From a virus: 64,000 bases of DNA. The notes under the pieces were generated by a model that saw only the letters and a program-made list of their open reading frames with translations, ran no database searches and was not told the origin of the DNA. The position numbers and the translations under genes are program-made. This document shows, in pieces, positions 48,839 to 57,588 of this stretch. Each line of letters opens with the position of its first letter. Positions within the stretch are counted from its first letter, which is position 1. The stretch covers positions 3,310 to 67,309 of the IMG/VR virus record IMGVR_UViG_3300025534_000008, one strand, 5' to 3'.

Positions 48839-50038
48839 ATGGCATACGAGTCTTATAATGCTTACTTATCTGTAACAAAATCAACTCCTTCAGATATTTA
48901 TAAAGACGAGTTTCAGGAATTAGTAAACGCAGAGTATGAAAACACAACAACTCTAAAAACAGTATTACACAATGGGAATAGTATTACTGTACGGGTTGTT
49001 GATAAATTTAATGCTGAAACTTTATCGAGACAAAACGAGAATTATCAAAAAATAATATTTAGAACACCAGATTATGTTGTAAGTGTTGGAGATATATTTG
49101 AATTCGATAATGCTAAATGGATTTGTACTGATATTAGCTCAACAGTTGTATCAAAATCGTGTACTGTAACAAAAGCAAATAATGAAATAAAGGTATATAA
49201 AAACAGTATTTTATATAAAGTACCTTGTATTGTGGAAGATGTAACACGCTTATATAGTATGGGTGCAGATGAAAATAAATATATTATTCAGCCTAGCACC
49301 GATATTATTATTCGTGTACCTAATAATGAAGTTACAACATTGATTAAACGTGGAGATACGTACAAACTTGGGAATAATAATTATAAGGTTAATGATTTAT
49401 CTGATATAATTAATCCAGGACTTCTCATATTAAAACTTGAATGGACGGCAGAAGAGCAACATCTACCAAAATACAGTATTCATATATTAAATGGGTCAGA
49501 AGTTAATTTGCAACAATCTACGACATTACAATTAAATGTTAATGTATATGATAATGACACACTTATTTCACCCACTCCCTCACTTCTTTTTTCTAGTAGT
49601 GACGAGAATATATGTGTTGTTGATTCTAGCGGACTAGTTAGTGCATTAGATGTAACTGGGAGTTGTGTGATTACTGTTAGTTTAGCAAGTGATACTAGTA
49701 TATCACAAAATATTAATATAAATGTAGAAGATATATCAGAAGATAATTATACTGTTGAAATTATAGGTAGCAATTCAATTACAAAAGGCTATACTAAAAA
49801 TTATTCATGTGTATTTAAAAATAATGGCATTGAATATTCAGATGTTTCTGTATTTTATTTAACTGCTGACGATGAAACATCACCTACTACTATTGCCGAG
49901 ATAATAATGCAAGATAGTAATACAAATACTTGTACTATTAAGGGTAATAGCTTAGGATATGTTAAATTATTTGTTAAAAACATTAGTGAAACAGTTGTTT
50001 CTAATCCTTTAAGAATACAAATTAAAAATATATTTTAA
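48839..50038 (+). CDS. Head-closure-like protein with Ig-like (Big_2) domains
   Basis: FSSSDENICVVDSSGLVSA Ig repeat; beta-rich C-terminus. Confidence 0.65.
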   Translation: MAYESYNAYLSVTKSTPSDIYKDEFQELVNAEYENTTTLKTVLHNGNSITVRVVDKFNAETLSRQNENYQKIIFRTPDYVVSVGDIFEFDNAKWICTDISSTVVSKSCTVTKANNEIKVYKNSILYKVPCIVEDVTRLYSMGADENKYIIQPSTDIIIRVPNNEVTTLIKRGDTYKLGNNNYKVNDLSDIINPGLLILKLEWTAEEQHLPKYSIHILNGSEVNLQQSTTLQLNVNVYDNDTLISPTPSLLFSSSDENICVVDSSGLVSALDVTGSCVITVSLASDTSISQNININVEDISEDNYTVEIIGSNSITKGYTKNYSCVFKNNGIEYSDVSVFYLTADDETSPTTIAEIIMQDSNTNTCTIKGNSLGYVKLFVKNISETVVSNPLRIQIKNIF

Positions 50039-50050
50039 GGAGGTGGTTTA

Positions 50051-50551
50051 ATGGAGAAAAGTTGTAAGTTTAAACATATAGAAAATAATCTTATAAAATT
50101 ATTAGAAGTATTATTATCTAATGAAAATTTAAAAAAGTATATATATCATTTATCTGATGATCCATTGAACCAACCTACTGTTGAGGCAGATTTGCTAGAA
50201 ACTAATAATATAATTTTAAATTTATTTGATAGCGAAATACTTGACGAACAGCGTGTAACTTTATTTATTAATCCACTCGAAGGTGATTTAAGAAGTCAAC
50301 CACTTAGCGATTTAACCTTTACTATTGATATTGTTATACCATATAAAAAATGGATTATGGGTGAATTTGGTGGGCAACTACGTGTGTTCCGTATAGCTGA
50401 TGAAATTGCTAAAGAAATTGACCAAAAAAATGTTATGGGAATTGGTGATACAGAGATTGTAAGATTTAGGTTGTTCAAAGTAAATAGCGATTATTCTGGT
50501 ATGACGTTATGGATAAAAGTTAATAGTTCTACATTGAAGGGTGCGAGATAG
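50051..50551 (+). CDS. Tail terminator/completion protein (putative)
   Basis: Synteny; RVFRIADEI motif. Confidence 0.55.
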   Translation: MEKSCKFKHIENNLIKLLEVLLSNENLKKYIYHLSDDPLNQPTVEADLLETNNIILNLFDSEILDEQRVTLFINPLEGDLRSQPLSDLTFTIDIVIPYKKWIMGEFGGQLRVFRIADEIAKEIDQKNVMGIGDTEIVRFRLFKVNSDYSGMTLWIKVNSSTLKGAR

Positions 50552-51248
50552 TATGCAGGATATAAGAGAATTTTATATACTATGCGAACCCATTGAAACA
50601 AGAATAGGCAAAATGAAGTTTTTTAAGGTTAAAGAATATCTTACATTATTGCCTTATATACGACTTATATATTTAGAAAAAAAAGATATAATAAAACTTA
50701 TTTTACCAGAATACAAAGAACATTTTGAAAAGTTGTCCTTATTAGAAATAATTAAATTTTTTAACTACGAAAATTATAATTTATATCAAAGTTTTAAAGA
50801 TTTATTTAAATTGTGTTTTAATGAAGATGTTTTTGATTTAATTCGAGATGATAAAGAATTACAATATTATCTTGACTTGATTAAAAAAATAAATTGTTTA
50901 AATTATGAAAAACCAAGTTCTAATCCAGAAATTGAAAAATTTAATACCTTCAAAAAGTTTTTTCAAAAGAAAAATAATGATAACGTTGATTTTGAAGCAG
51001 TATATACAAGTGTTTGGTTAGGTTCTGGTACAAAGCCTGATGACTTGTATATATATGAAATGTATGCTCTTTTTTATAGATTAGGTCAATTTAAAAATTA
51101 TAATACAACTACATTATTTGCTACTGTTTCTAAAGATATAAAAATTGAATCTTGGTGCAAGTCTATAGATTTTTCTGAACTAAAGAAGAAAAAGACAACA
51201 TTAAAAAATTTCGAGGATATGTCTAAGTCAATATTTAGGAATAATTAA
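50541..51248 (+). CDS. Hypothetical tail-module protein
   Basis: 235 aa ORF before the tail tube gene. Confidence 0.7.
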   Translation: MRDSMQDIREFYILCEPIETRIGKMKFFKVKEYLTLLPYIRLIYLEKKDIIKLILPEYKEHFEKLSLLEIIKFFNYENYNLYQSFKDLFKLCFNEDVFDLIRDDKELQYYLDLIKKINCLNYEKPSSNPEIEKFNTFKKFFQKKNNDNVDFEAVYTSVWLGSGTKPDDLYIYEMYALFYRLGQFKNYNTTTLFATVSKDIKIESWCKSIDFSELKKKKTTLKNFEDMSKSIFRNN

Positions 51249-51261
51249 GGAGGTATAATTT

Positions 51262-51990
51262 ATGAATAATGTTGTAGTGCATGACACGTGTGAGGTTCTT
51301 ATTATTGATGAAAAAAACGATAAAACCTATTTTTTAGGTATTACTTCTACAAATAACGTAAATCAAACGGTAGAGTCAACTCCTATACGTGGTGGTATTG
51401 GAAACAAGCGTGTAACAACTATAAATAACAGTAAAGATATAAATTTTGAGGTTACTACCACATTGCACAATGATGATGTTTATGCTCTTCAAAGTGGTGG
51501 ACTATTTAATGATGAAGCGATAAATGTTTTAAGGTCTGAAACAAAACAGGCTGTAGATAACTCAGGTTCAGTGGAAGTTGCCATTGATGGTACTCCTATA
51601 GGTGAAGTGACAGTTATTGATAAATATGGTAAGGAATTAACAGGTAGTTTTACTGCTGGAAAAGTTACTATTACAGGAGGTCAGGCAGGGCAATTTTATA
51701 CGGTAATATACGAAGAAGCTCAACCTACTGCTAGTGTACTTGATTTGAACGCTGAAGAATTTCCAAAACCCCATAAAGTGCAATTAAGAACTATAGCTTA
51801 TGACCCAGACTCAGAAGAAGTTGTAGCTGACATATATTGGATTTTCGATAAAGCAAGACCAGATGGTAATTTAAGCGCTGCGTATACAGCAGGTGAGAAC
51901 CAACAGGATACAATAAACTTCGTATGTGAAACGCCAATAGGTTCTACTTCTTATGGTAAATATGTAGTTGTACCTAGAACAACACCTTGA
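51262..51990 (+). CDS. Major tail tube protein
   Basis: PIRGGIGN motif, beta-rich, synteny. Confidence 0.7.
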   Translation: MNNVVVHDTCEVLIIDEKNDKTYFLGITSTNNVNQTVESTPIRGGIGNKRVTTINNSKDINFEVTTTLHNDDVYALQSGGLFNDEAINVLRSETKQAVDNSGSVEVAIDGTPIGEVTVIDKYGKELTGSFTAGKVTITGGQAGQFYTVIYEEAQPTASVLDLNAEEFPKPHKVQLRTIAYDPDSEEVVADIYWIFDKARPDGNLSAAYTAGENQQDTINFVCETPIGSTSYGKYVVVPRTTP

Positions 51991-51992
51991 TA

Positions 51993-52021
51993 TTGACAAA
52001 ATAATAATATAATATTATAAT
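51993..52021 (+). promoter_or_regulatory. sigmaA promoter
   Basis: TTGACA-17 nt-TATAAT right after the tail tube stop. Confidence 0.8.
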
Positions 52022-52028
52022 GTAATTA

Positions 52029-52098
52029 AAGGGATAGGTTGGACTGATCACCCAACCGACAAGAAGTGTGTCCGAACACTTCTTCCCTATTTTTTATA
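52029..52098 (+). ncRNA. Small structured RNA (three-way junction) behind its own promoter
   Basis: AGGGA/TCCCT closing stem, GGTTGG-ACTGATCAC-CCAACC and AGAAGTGT-GTCCGA-ACACTTCT arms, T tract. Confidence 0.5.
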
Positions 52099-52409
52099 TT
52101 TAAACATAAATAATTATAAATACTTGGCATAATAATTTCTAGTAGTATTAAAAAATACAAATAGTAAAACATTTCATAATATACAATTCTTTTCATCACA
52201 TGTTTGCAAATCAAATGATTAACTCTTTGATTTTATAGATTCCCTTTAATAAACAATAAAGTAGTGAATATGTGGGTGTTATATTATATTCAGGTTTTAT
52301 AAGTTTAAAACATAAAGATAATTTGTCACTTCGGTATACTACGACTCAAAATAACGAAGGAATGGTATTCACTCTCCTACTTTTAATTTAAGAAGGTGGT
52401 TGTATTAAT

Positions 52410-52835
52410 ATTATAAAGCTAGTAATAGATAACAATATACTTCAGAAATATAATTCTTATTATTTTAAAAAATACCCCAAAAGAAAAAAAATACCTATTA
52501 GCAAGCCAATTCCTCCTTCTCTTAATCAATGGATGATAATGCCTAGACACCAGATGAACAAAGAAAAACAAAAATGGAAAGAATTTGGAGAATGGTTAGT
52601 TTCTTATTACGGATATCAAAATATGCAAATAAGTAAGTGCGATATAGTTATTACTTATTATTTTGATTCAAATCGCAGACATGATTCTGATAATTATACC
52701 CCTAAGAATTTATTTGATTCGTTTACTTCCTCTGGATTATTGGTTGATGATGATTTTAGTCATGTGCAATCTTTGACCATTAAGGGTGATTATTGTAAAG
52801 ATAATCCAATGACAGTTATTGAAATAAGATATTAA
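52410..52835 (+). CDS. RusA-like Holliday junction resolvase
   Basis: RRHDSDNY...DSFT..GLLVDDD motif; frame is open 5' of ATG 52533 through PPSLNQW up to an ATT after AAGGTGGT. Confidence 0.75.
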   Translation: MIKLVIDNNILQKYNSYYFKKYPKRKKIPISKPIPPSLNQWMIMPRHQMNKEKQKWKEFGEWLVSYYGYQNMQISKCDIVITYYFDSNRRHDSDNYTPKNLFDSFTSSGLLVDDDFSHVQSLTIKGDYCKDNPMTVIEIRY

Positions 52836-52891
52836 TATAAAATGTTTCACGTGAAACAAATTATTGAGATAAAAAGGAGTTTGATTTAAAT

Positions 52892-53356
52892 ATGGAAGTT
52901 AAGCAGTATTTACCTATAAGTACTAAAAAAGTAATCTGTGAACAAATAGTTAAAAACTCGATTATAGAACAAAATGGTATGAAATTTATAGATTATTGTT
53001 CACAAAAGTTAGCAATTGATATTAGTTTAATTCAGTTTTATACAGATATTAATATAGAAGAAATTGATATGGATGAATTTTATGAATCAGGCAAAATGGA
53101 AGAAATAAGAAAAGCAATTCCTGAATCTGAATATAGTTTTATAGTAAATAATGTAAAGCAGATGCTAAAACAAGAAATTGAAATTTATAATAGCTTATCT
53201 GCTGTAATTAATCGTAATCTTGAAAAGGTTATAAATAATCTTCCTACTGAGAAGGAAATAAACAAAATTTTAAACAAGTTGCCAAAAGTTTTAGATAAGA
53301 TATCGCCAGAAAACAAAGAAATTCTTAAAGGCGTAATTGAGGGAAAAATGAAATAA
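52892..53356 (+). CDS. Hypothetical protein (tail assembly chaperone candidate)
   Basis: 154 aa helical ORF in the tail module. Confidence 0.65.
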   Translation: MEVKQYLPISTKKVICEQIVKNSIIEQNGMKFIDYCSQKLAIDISLIQFYTDINIEEIDMDEFYESGKMEEIRKAIPESEYSFIVNNVKQMLKQEIEIYNSLSAVINRNLEKVINNLPTEKEINKILNKLPKVLDKISPENKEILKGVIEGKMK

Positions 53357-53396
53357 AATAAAATTAACATTTTATTAAAGCAAAAGTGGTGATAAT

Positions 53397-53861
53397 ATGC
53401 CTACATTTAATAATATTAAGGAATTAGAAAAATATTTGCAGAAACAGATAAATGAGACACTAAAAAAAGAAGTCGCTAAGCAAGTAAAAGATGAAATTCA
53501 GATGGCAATTGATGAAGTGGTTTATATGTCAGGTGAACCAGAAGTTTATTATCGAAGGGGTTCAAGAGATGGTGTATATATGGGTAATCCTTTATCAACT
53601 GGCAGTTTAGCTGACCAGAATGAAATGGAAGCAACACTCATTCAAGATGGTGTATTAGAAGTAGTAGATAATGCAGAACCTTCTAGTGATTATGATATGG
53701 ATTTAGATATTGCTATCGAATATGGATATGGTACAAGAGATAAATGGTATAACCAACCAAGACCATTTATGGAAACTGCTAAAAATAATATGAGAAGAAG
53801 TAAAAGTCATGTTGATGCAATGAAAGAAGGGTTGCAAAATCGTGGATTAAATGTTGTGTAA
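53397..53861 (+). CDS. HK97 gp10-like tail-completion protein (putative)
   Basis: IEYGYG...QPRPFM motif. Confidence 0.6.
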   Translation: MPTFNNIKELEKYLQKQINETLKKEVAKQVKDEIQMAIDEVVYMSGEPEVYYRRGSRDGVYMGNPLSTGSLADQNEMEATLIQDGVLEVVDNAEPSSDYDMDLDIAIEYGYGTRDKWYNQPRPFMETAKNNMRRSKSHVDAMKEGLQNRGLNVV

Positions 53862-53957
53862 ATAAAATAGTGATTTGATTGAATGTGTGGGTAGAGTTAA
53901 TATCCTCTGCCCTATTTTAATTTTGAAAACAACGTTTGTTGATATAGATATTTTTTT

Positions 53958-55004
53958 GTGAAGGTGGTGAAAATAATGCCTAGAAAAACAGTGTATAACA
54001 ATATTACTTCTCCAGAATTAATACAACAAGTATCAAAGGAAAATAAGGAATTGATGAATGAATTCATAGATTATTTAAAATCTATAGATAAGTCCCCTAC
54101 TACTATAAACGGGTATATTAATGATTTAAATATTTTCTTCGTTTGGAATTTACAAAATAATAAGAATAAGTTTTTTATTGATATAAATAAGAGAGATATA
54201 ATGAAATATCAAAACTATTTGATTAATACATTAAAACATAGTCCAAATAGGGTTAGAAGATTAAAAGCAGCAATAAGTAGTATGTCAAATTTTATAGAGT
54301 CAATGATGGACGACATATATCCTGATTTTAAAAATATAGTTAACAAAATACCTGCACCAAGTAAGGTTGAAGTACGAGAAAAAACAGTAATGACAGAAGA
54401 ACAAGTACAAAATTTACTACAATATTTGGTTGATAACAAGAAATATCAACAGGCATGTGTTTTAGCGTTAGCATTAGCAAGTGGTGCAAGAAAATCTGAA
54501 TTATTAAGATTTAAAGCAAGTTACTTTACAGATGATAATATAATTTTTGGTTCTTTATATAAAACTCCTGAAAAGATAAAAACAAAAGGAAGGTCGAGTT
54601 TAGGAAAACCATTATATAAATATATATTAGTTAAAAGATTTAAGCCTTATTTTGAACTATGGATGAAACAAAGAGAAGAATTGGGTATAAATGGAGATGA
54701 ATTATTTTGGAATTATAGAAATGGTGTGTGGAAACCTGCTACTATTACACTTCTAAATTCCTATGCTTTAACGTTTTCTAAAATATTGGGTATTGATTTT
54801 TATTTTCACAGTTGTAGGCATTTCTGGACTACCTATTTATCAGAATCGGGATTACCTCCAGAAGTAATCAAAAAAATTTCAGGATGGGAATCCTTAGACA
54901 TGGTTTCATTGTACACAGACACTGATATTGATGATGAGTTAGGTAAATATTTTAATGAAGATGGAATAAGGGTTACTGAAACAAAATCTTTAAGTGATTT
55001 GTAA
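53958..55004 (+). CDS. Tyrosine recombinase in the tail module (YomM-like)
   Basis: SGARKSE, KTKG, HSCRH, GW and LYT catalytic set. Confidence 0.9.
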   Translation: MKVVKIMPRKTVYNNITSPELIQQVSKENKELMNEFIDYLKSIDKSPTTINGYINDLNIFFVWNLQNNKNKFFIDINKRDIMKYQNYLINTLKHSPNRVRRLKAAISSMSNFIESMMDDIYPDFKNIVNKIPAPSKVEVREKTVMTEEQVQNLLQYLVDNKKYQQACVLALALASGARKSELLRFKASYFTDDNIIFGSLYKTPEKIKTKGRSSLGKPLYKYILVKRFKPYFELWMKQREELGINGDELFWNYRNGVWKPATITLLNSYALTFSKILGIDFYFHSCRHFWTTYLSESGLPPEVIKKISGWESLDMVSLYTDTDIDDELGKYFNEDGIRVTETKSLSDL

Positions 55005-55186
55005 ATAGCTCTCACGAGTCTGTACGGGTTATTTCCCTGCCAATCTTATTTTAAATCAAATTCTTATTTTATTAAAATATAATGAAAGGAGAAAATATAT
55101 GATAGTAGATAATAGAATAATATATACATCTAACAATAATATTTATGCGATTATCAAAAATAATTCTTATACATATAGCAATTGCA

Positions 55187-55588
55187 TTACCTTTGTATTT
55201 GATTTTGATTTATTTGCAAAACATGAATAGAATCAGTAGTTATATGTTGATAATCTATTGCTAAATCTATTTGATATGTGCCAGGTTTCGGGAAGTTAAT
55301 ATTATTCATTTCTAATATAATATTTGCAAACATATTATTTTGATTTACTTGAACTTCGCCTTCTAATGGAGGTATTACTTCTTTTCCATCATCATTTACA
55401 AAAGAAACTTTAAATTTATGTTTTCCAATTTCAGAACGGTGAAATTCTATACTTGCAACATATACAAATTTTGGGTGTACACATGGAAATTGTAATGCAC
55501 TAATATTTTGAAATATACCTAAAACATTAAGATTGCCTGATTGAGCAATATTAGCAGCATCACATACAAAAGAATATTTTAGTTTCAT
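55187..55588 (-). CDS. DUF6941-like hypothetical protein
   Basis: FVCDAA...LNVLGIF...FPKPGTYQI pattern; opposite strand to the late genes. Confidence 0.7.
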   Translation of the reverse strand: MKLKYSFVCDAANIAQSGNLNVLGIFQNISALQFPCVHPKFVYVASIEFHRSEIGKHKFKVSFVNDDGKEVIPPLEGEVQVNQNNMFANIILEMNNINFPKPGTYQIDLAIDYQHITTDSIHVLQINQNQIQR

Positions 55589-55775
55589 ATATGCCCCTCC
55601 AATATTATTTATGTTCTATGAAATAGATTATCATTATAGCATATATATGTCAATATATAATGTATTAATTTGTAACTTTATATAAAAATGGGGAGGCTAC
55701 TCCCCTACCCCATATTATTTGACGCTTGTGGAAATTTGGTATATAATTAATATATCAATTTTTCAGAGGTGTTAA

Positions 55776-55901
55776 ATGCTATATAAATATGCTAATGATT
55801 ATATTAAAGGATATCGTAAAAAGAAATATGATTGGAAAGGCTATCTTCTTTGGATAGGTATTTGTATTATTGTTTTTATTATTGTACATTTGTTTAGATA
55901 A
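55776..55901 (+). CDS. Small single-TM protein (41 aa)
   Basis: MLYKYANDYIKGYRKKKYDWKGYLLWIGICIIVFIIVHLFR after RBS GAGGTG. Confidence 0.55.
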   Translation: MLYKYANDYIKGYRKKKYDWKGYLLWIGICIIVFIIVHLFR

Positions 55902-56045
55902 GTTTAGGTATATTTTTATTAAAATATAAATATAATATTATTGACATTAATAAATTTTTATCATATAATAAAAACAGAAATAGCAATATCTTCCCTATTC
56001 TGTGTATTTTTTATATAATAAAGAAAAAAGAATGGGGTTGATATA

Positions 56046-56330
56046 ATGATTGATAGAACTGATTATAACGCTTTAGAAAATTTGAAGAAGATATATAAAG
56101 ACCAAATTGTAGATTATAAATACAAAGTGTGGAAAGAAGCATATTTGGCTCCCCCACCAAAAAAATCATTTTGCACAGGAATAACACGATATAGAAAGTG
56201 TATAAAAATTACCCATGTAATTTTGAAAGATGGTAGATATATACCTGTTGGTGGTAGTGGTTGTTTAATTTATTTAATTATGATTATTTTGATTATAGTC
56301 GCTTCCCTATTATACATATTTGTATTATAA
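56046..56330 (+). CDS. Small protein with C-terminal TM helix
   Basis: 94 aa with hydrophobic tail. Confidence 0.7.
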   Translation: MIDRTDYNALENLKKIYKDQIVDYKYKVWKEAYLAPPPKKSFCTGITRYRKCIKITHVILKDGRYIPVGGSGCLIYLIMIILIIVASLLYIFVL

Positions 56331-56343
56331 TAGTTTTGGGAAG

Positions 56344-56593
56344 GATGTGGATTATGCAAATTAAGATAAAAAAGAATAAAATAGAAGAAAAAATAATTGA
56401 ATATCAAAAACAAACCGGTGCTACTAAGACATGGATAGCAGAACAATTAGAAATGAGTAAACAGCGTATGTATTCTTTATTTAAAGCTGATAATATGATG
56501 CTTGATGTTGCATTGAAGTTTGCGGAATTTTTAAAATGTGATGTTAAAGATTTGTTTGAATATCAAGTAATTAATTTTAATGATAAAAAGTAA
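56344..56593 (+). CDS. Cro/C1-type HTH protein
   Basis: KTWIAEQLEMSKQRMYSL...ALKFAEFLKCDVKDLFEY; the ORF-track start at 56261 is probably too far upstream. Confidence 0.8.
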
Positions 56594-56718
56594 TAAAATT
56601 TAATGAATGTTTGTAAATAAATCTATTGACTTTTAGATAAAAACCTCTTATACTATAAGTGTAAGGTAAAACTTGGTTGCAACCTTCACCTTATAATTTA
56701 TAGTAAAGGGGTTTTATT

Positions 56719-57141
56719 ATGTTAGATTTTTCTGTCTTAAATAAATTCAACAAAGGTAAAGTAACTATTCACTTTAATCTAGAAGGTAACACTGGAGTAA
56801 CTTACACATATCGAAGTTTCGTATGGGACGAAGATGCAGGATACCTCATATTAGGCGATGCTAAAAATATAGATGAAGATGTAACGACTATTGATGTTGA
56901 TGAAATTGAAGATATTGTAGTAAACGACAATTTAAATAGTATTGAGATTGTTTTAACTAATGAAAGTATGTTTCTAATATTAGATGAAGACGTATCTTTG
57001 TGTTTCAAATGTAGGAAGAACAGACCTGTATTTTATATAAGAGCCTATGATGCAAAATCTGATGAATATGATGTTAGGATTTGCCAGAATTGCTTTGAGA
57101 AGATGATGGAAATGGAGGTTCAATGTAATGATAATGATTGA
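56719..57141 (+). CDS. Hypothetical protein with C-terminal CxxC...CxxC
   Basis: 140 aa, acidic. Confidence 0.75.
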   Translation: MLDFSVLNKFNKGKVTIHFNLEGNTGVTYTYRSFVWDEDAGYLILGDAKNIDEDVTTIDVDEIEDIVVNDNLNSIEIVLTNESMFLILDEDVSLCFKCRKNRPVFYIRAYDAKSDEYDVRICQNCFEKMMEMEVQCNDND

Positions 57142-57463
57142 ATTCTCCAAAAAAGCGGTAAAAAACTATAGAAACAGCAAATGTCTAATTATTGCAGATT
57201 ATAGATATGTGGATTACGAAAATGAATGTGAAACACTTCAGTCCAGACTTGCAGATACATATAATATAGACTTCTACCCTATCATAACACTCAATTGTTT
57301 TGTAGTTAAAATTTTATCAGAATATTTCGGCAATTATGATGTCTGGATTATAGATAGAAGCATTATGGAAGAAATTACGAGCAGTTGGAATGTAAGCAAA
57401 AAAATAAGGCTTATAAAAAGCCAAAAAAAACAAGCCCAATCCTATTATAGCATAGAATGTTGA
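57128..57463 (+). CDS. Hypothetical protein
   Basis: 111 aa, overlaps the previous gene. Confidence 0.7.
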   Translation: MIMIEFSKKAVKNYRNSKCLIIADYRYVDYENECETLQSRLADTYNIDFYPIITLNCFVVKILSEYFGNYDVWIIDRSIMEEITSSWNVSKKIRLIKSQKKQAQSYYSIEC

Positions 57464-57497
57464 AAAGAATCTACTAAGTAGTAGATTCTTTTTTTTA
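57464..57497 (+). terminator. Intrinsic terminator
   Basis: AAAAGAATCTACT-AAGT-AGTAGATTCTTTT followed by a T run. Confidence 0.85.
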
Positions 57498-57588
57498 TGT
57501 ATGCTTTATCATTGATTATTAAAATAAAACATCAATTACTTAAGAAAGAATTTTTCCTTTCTTCTTTTTTTTACTAATAAAGAAAGAG

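Noticed and set aside
52892-53861. Programmed frameshift between tail chaperone genes
   Set aside because: No convincing slippery heptamer with a continuing frame, and the second gene has its own RBS.
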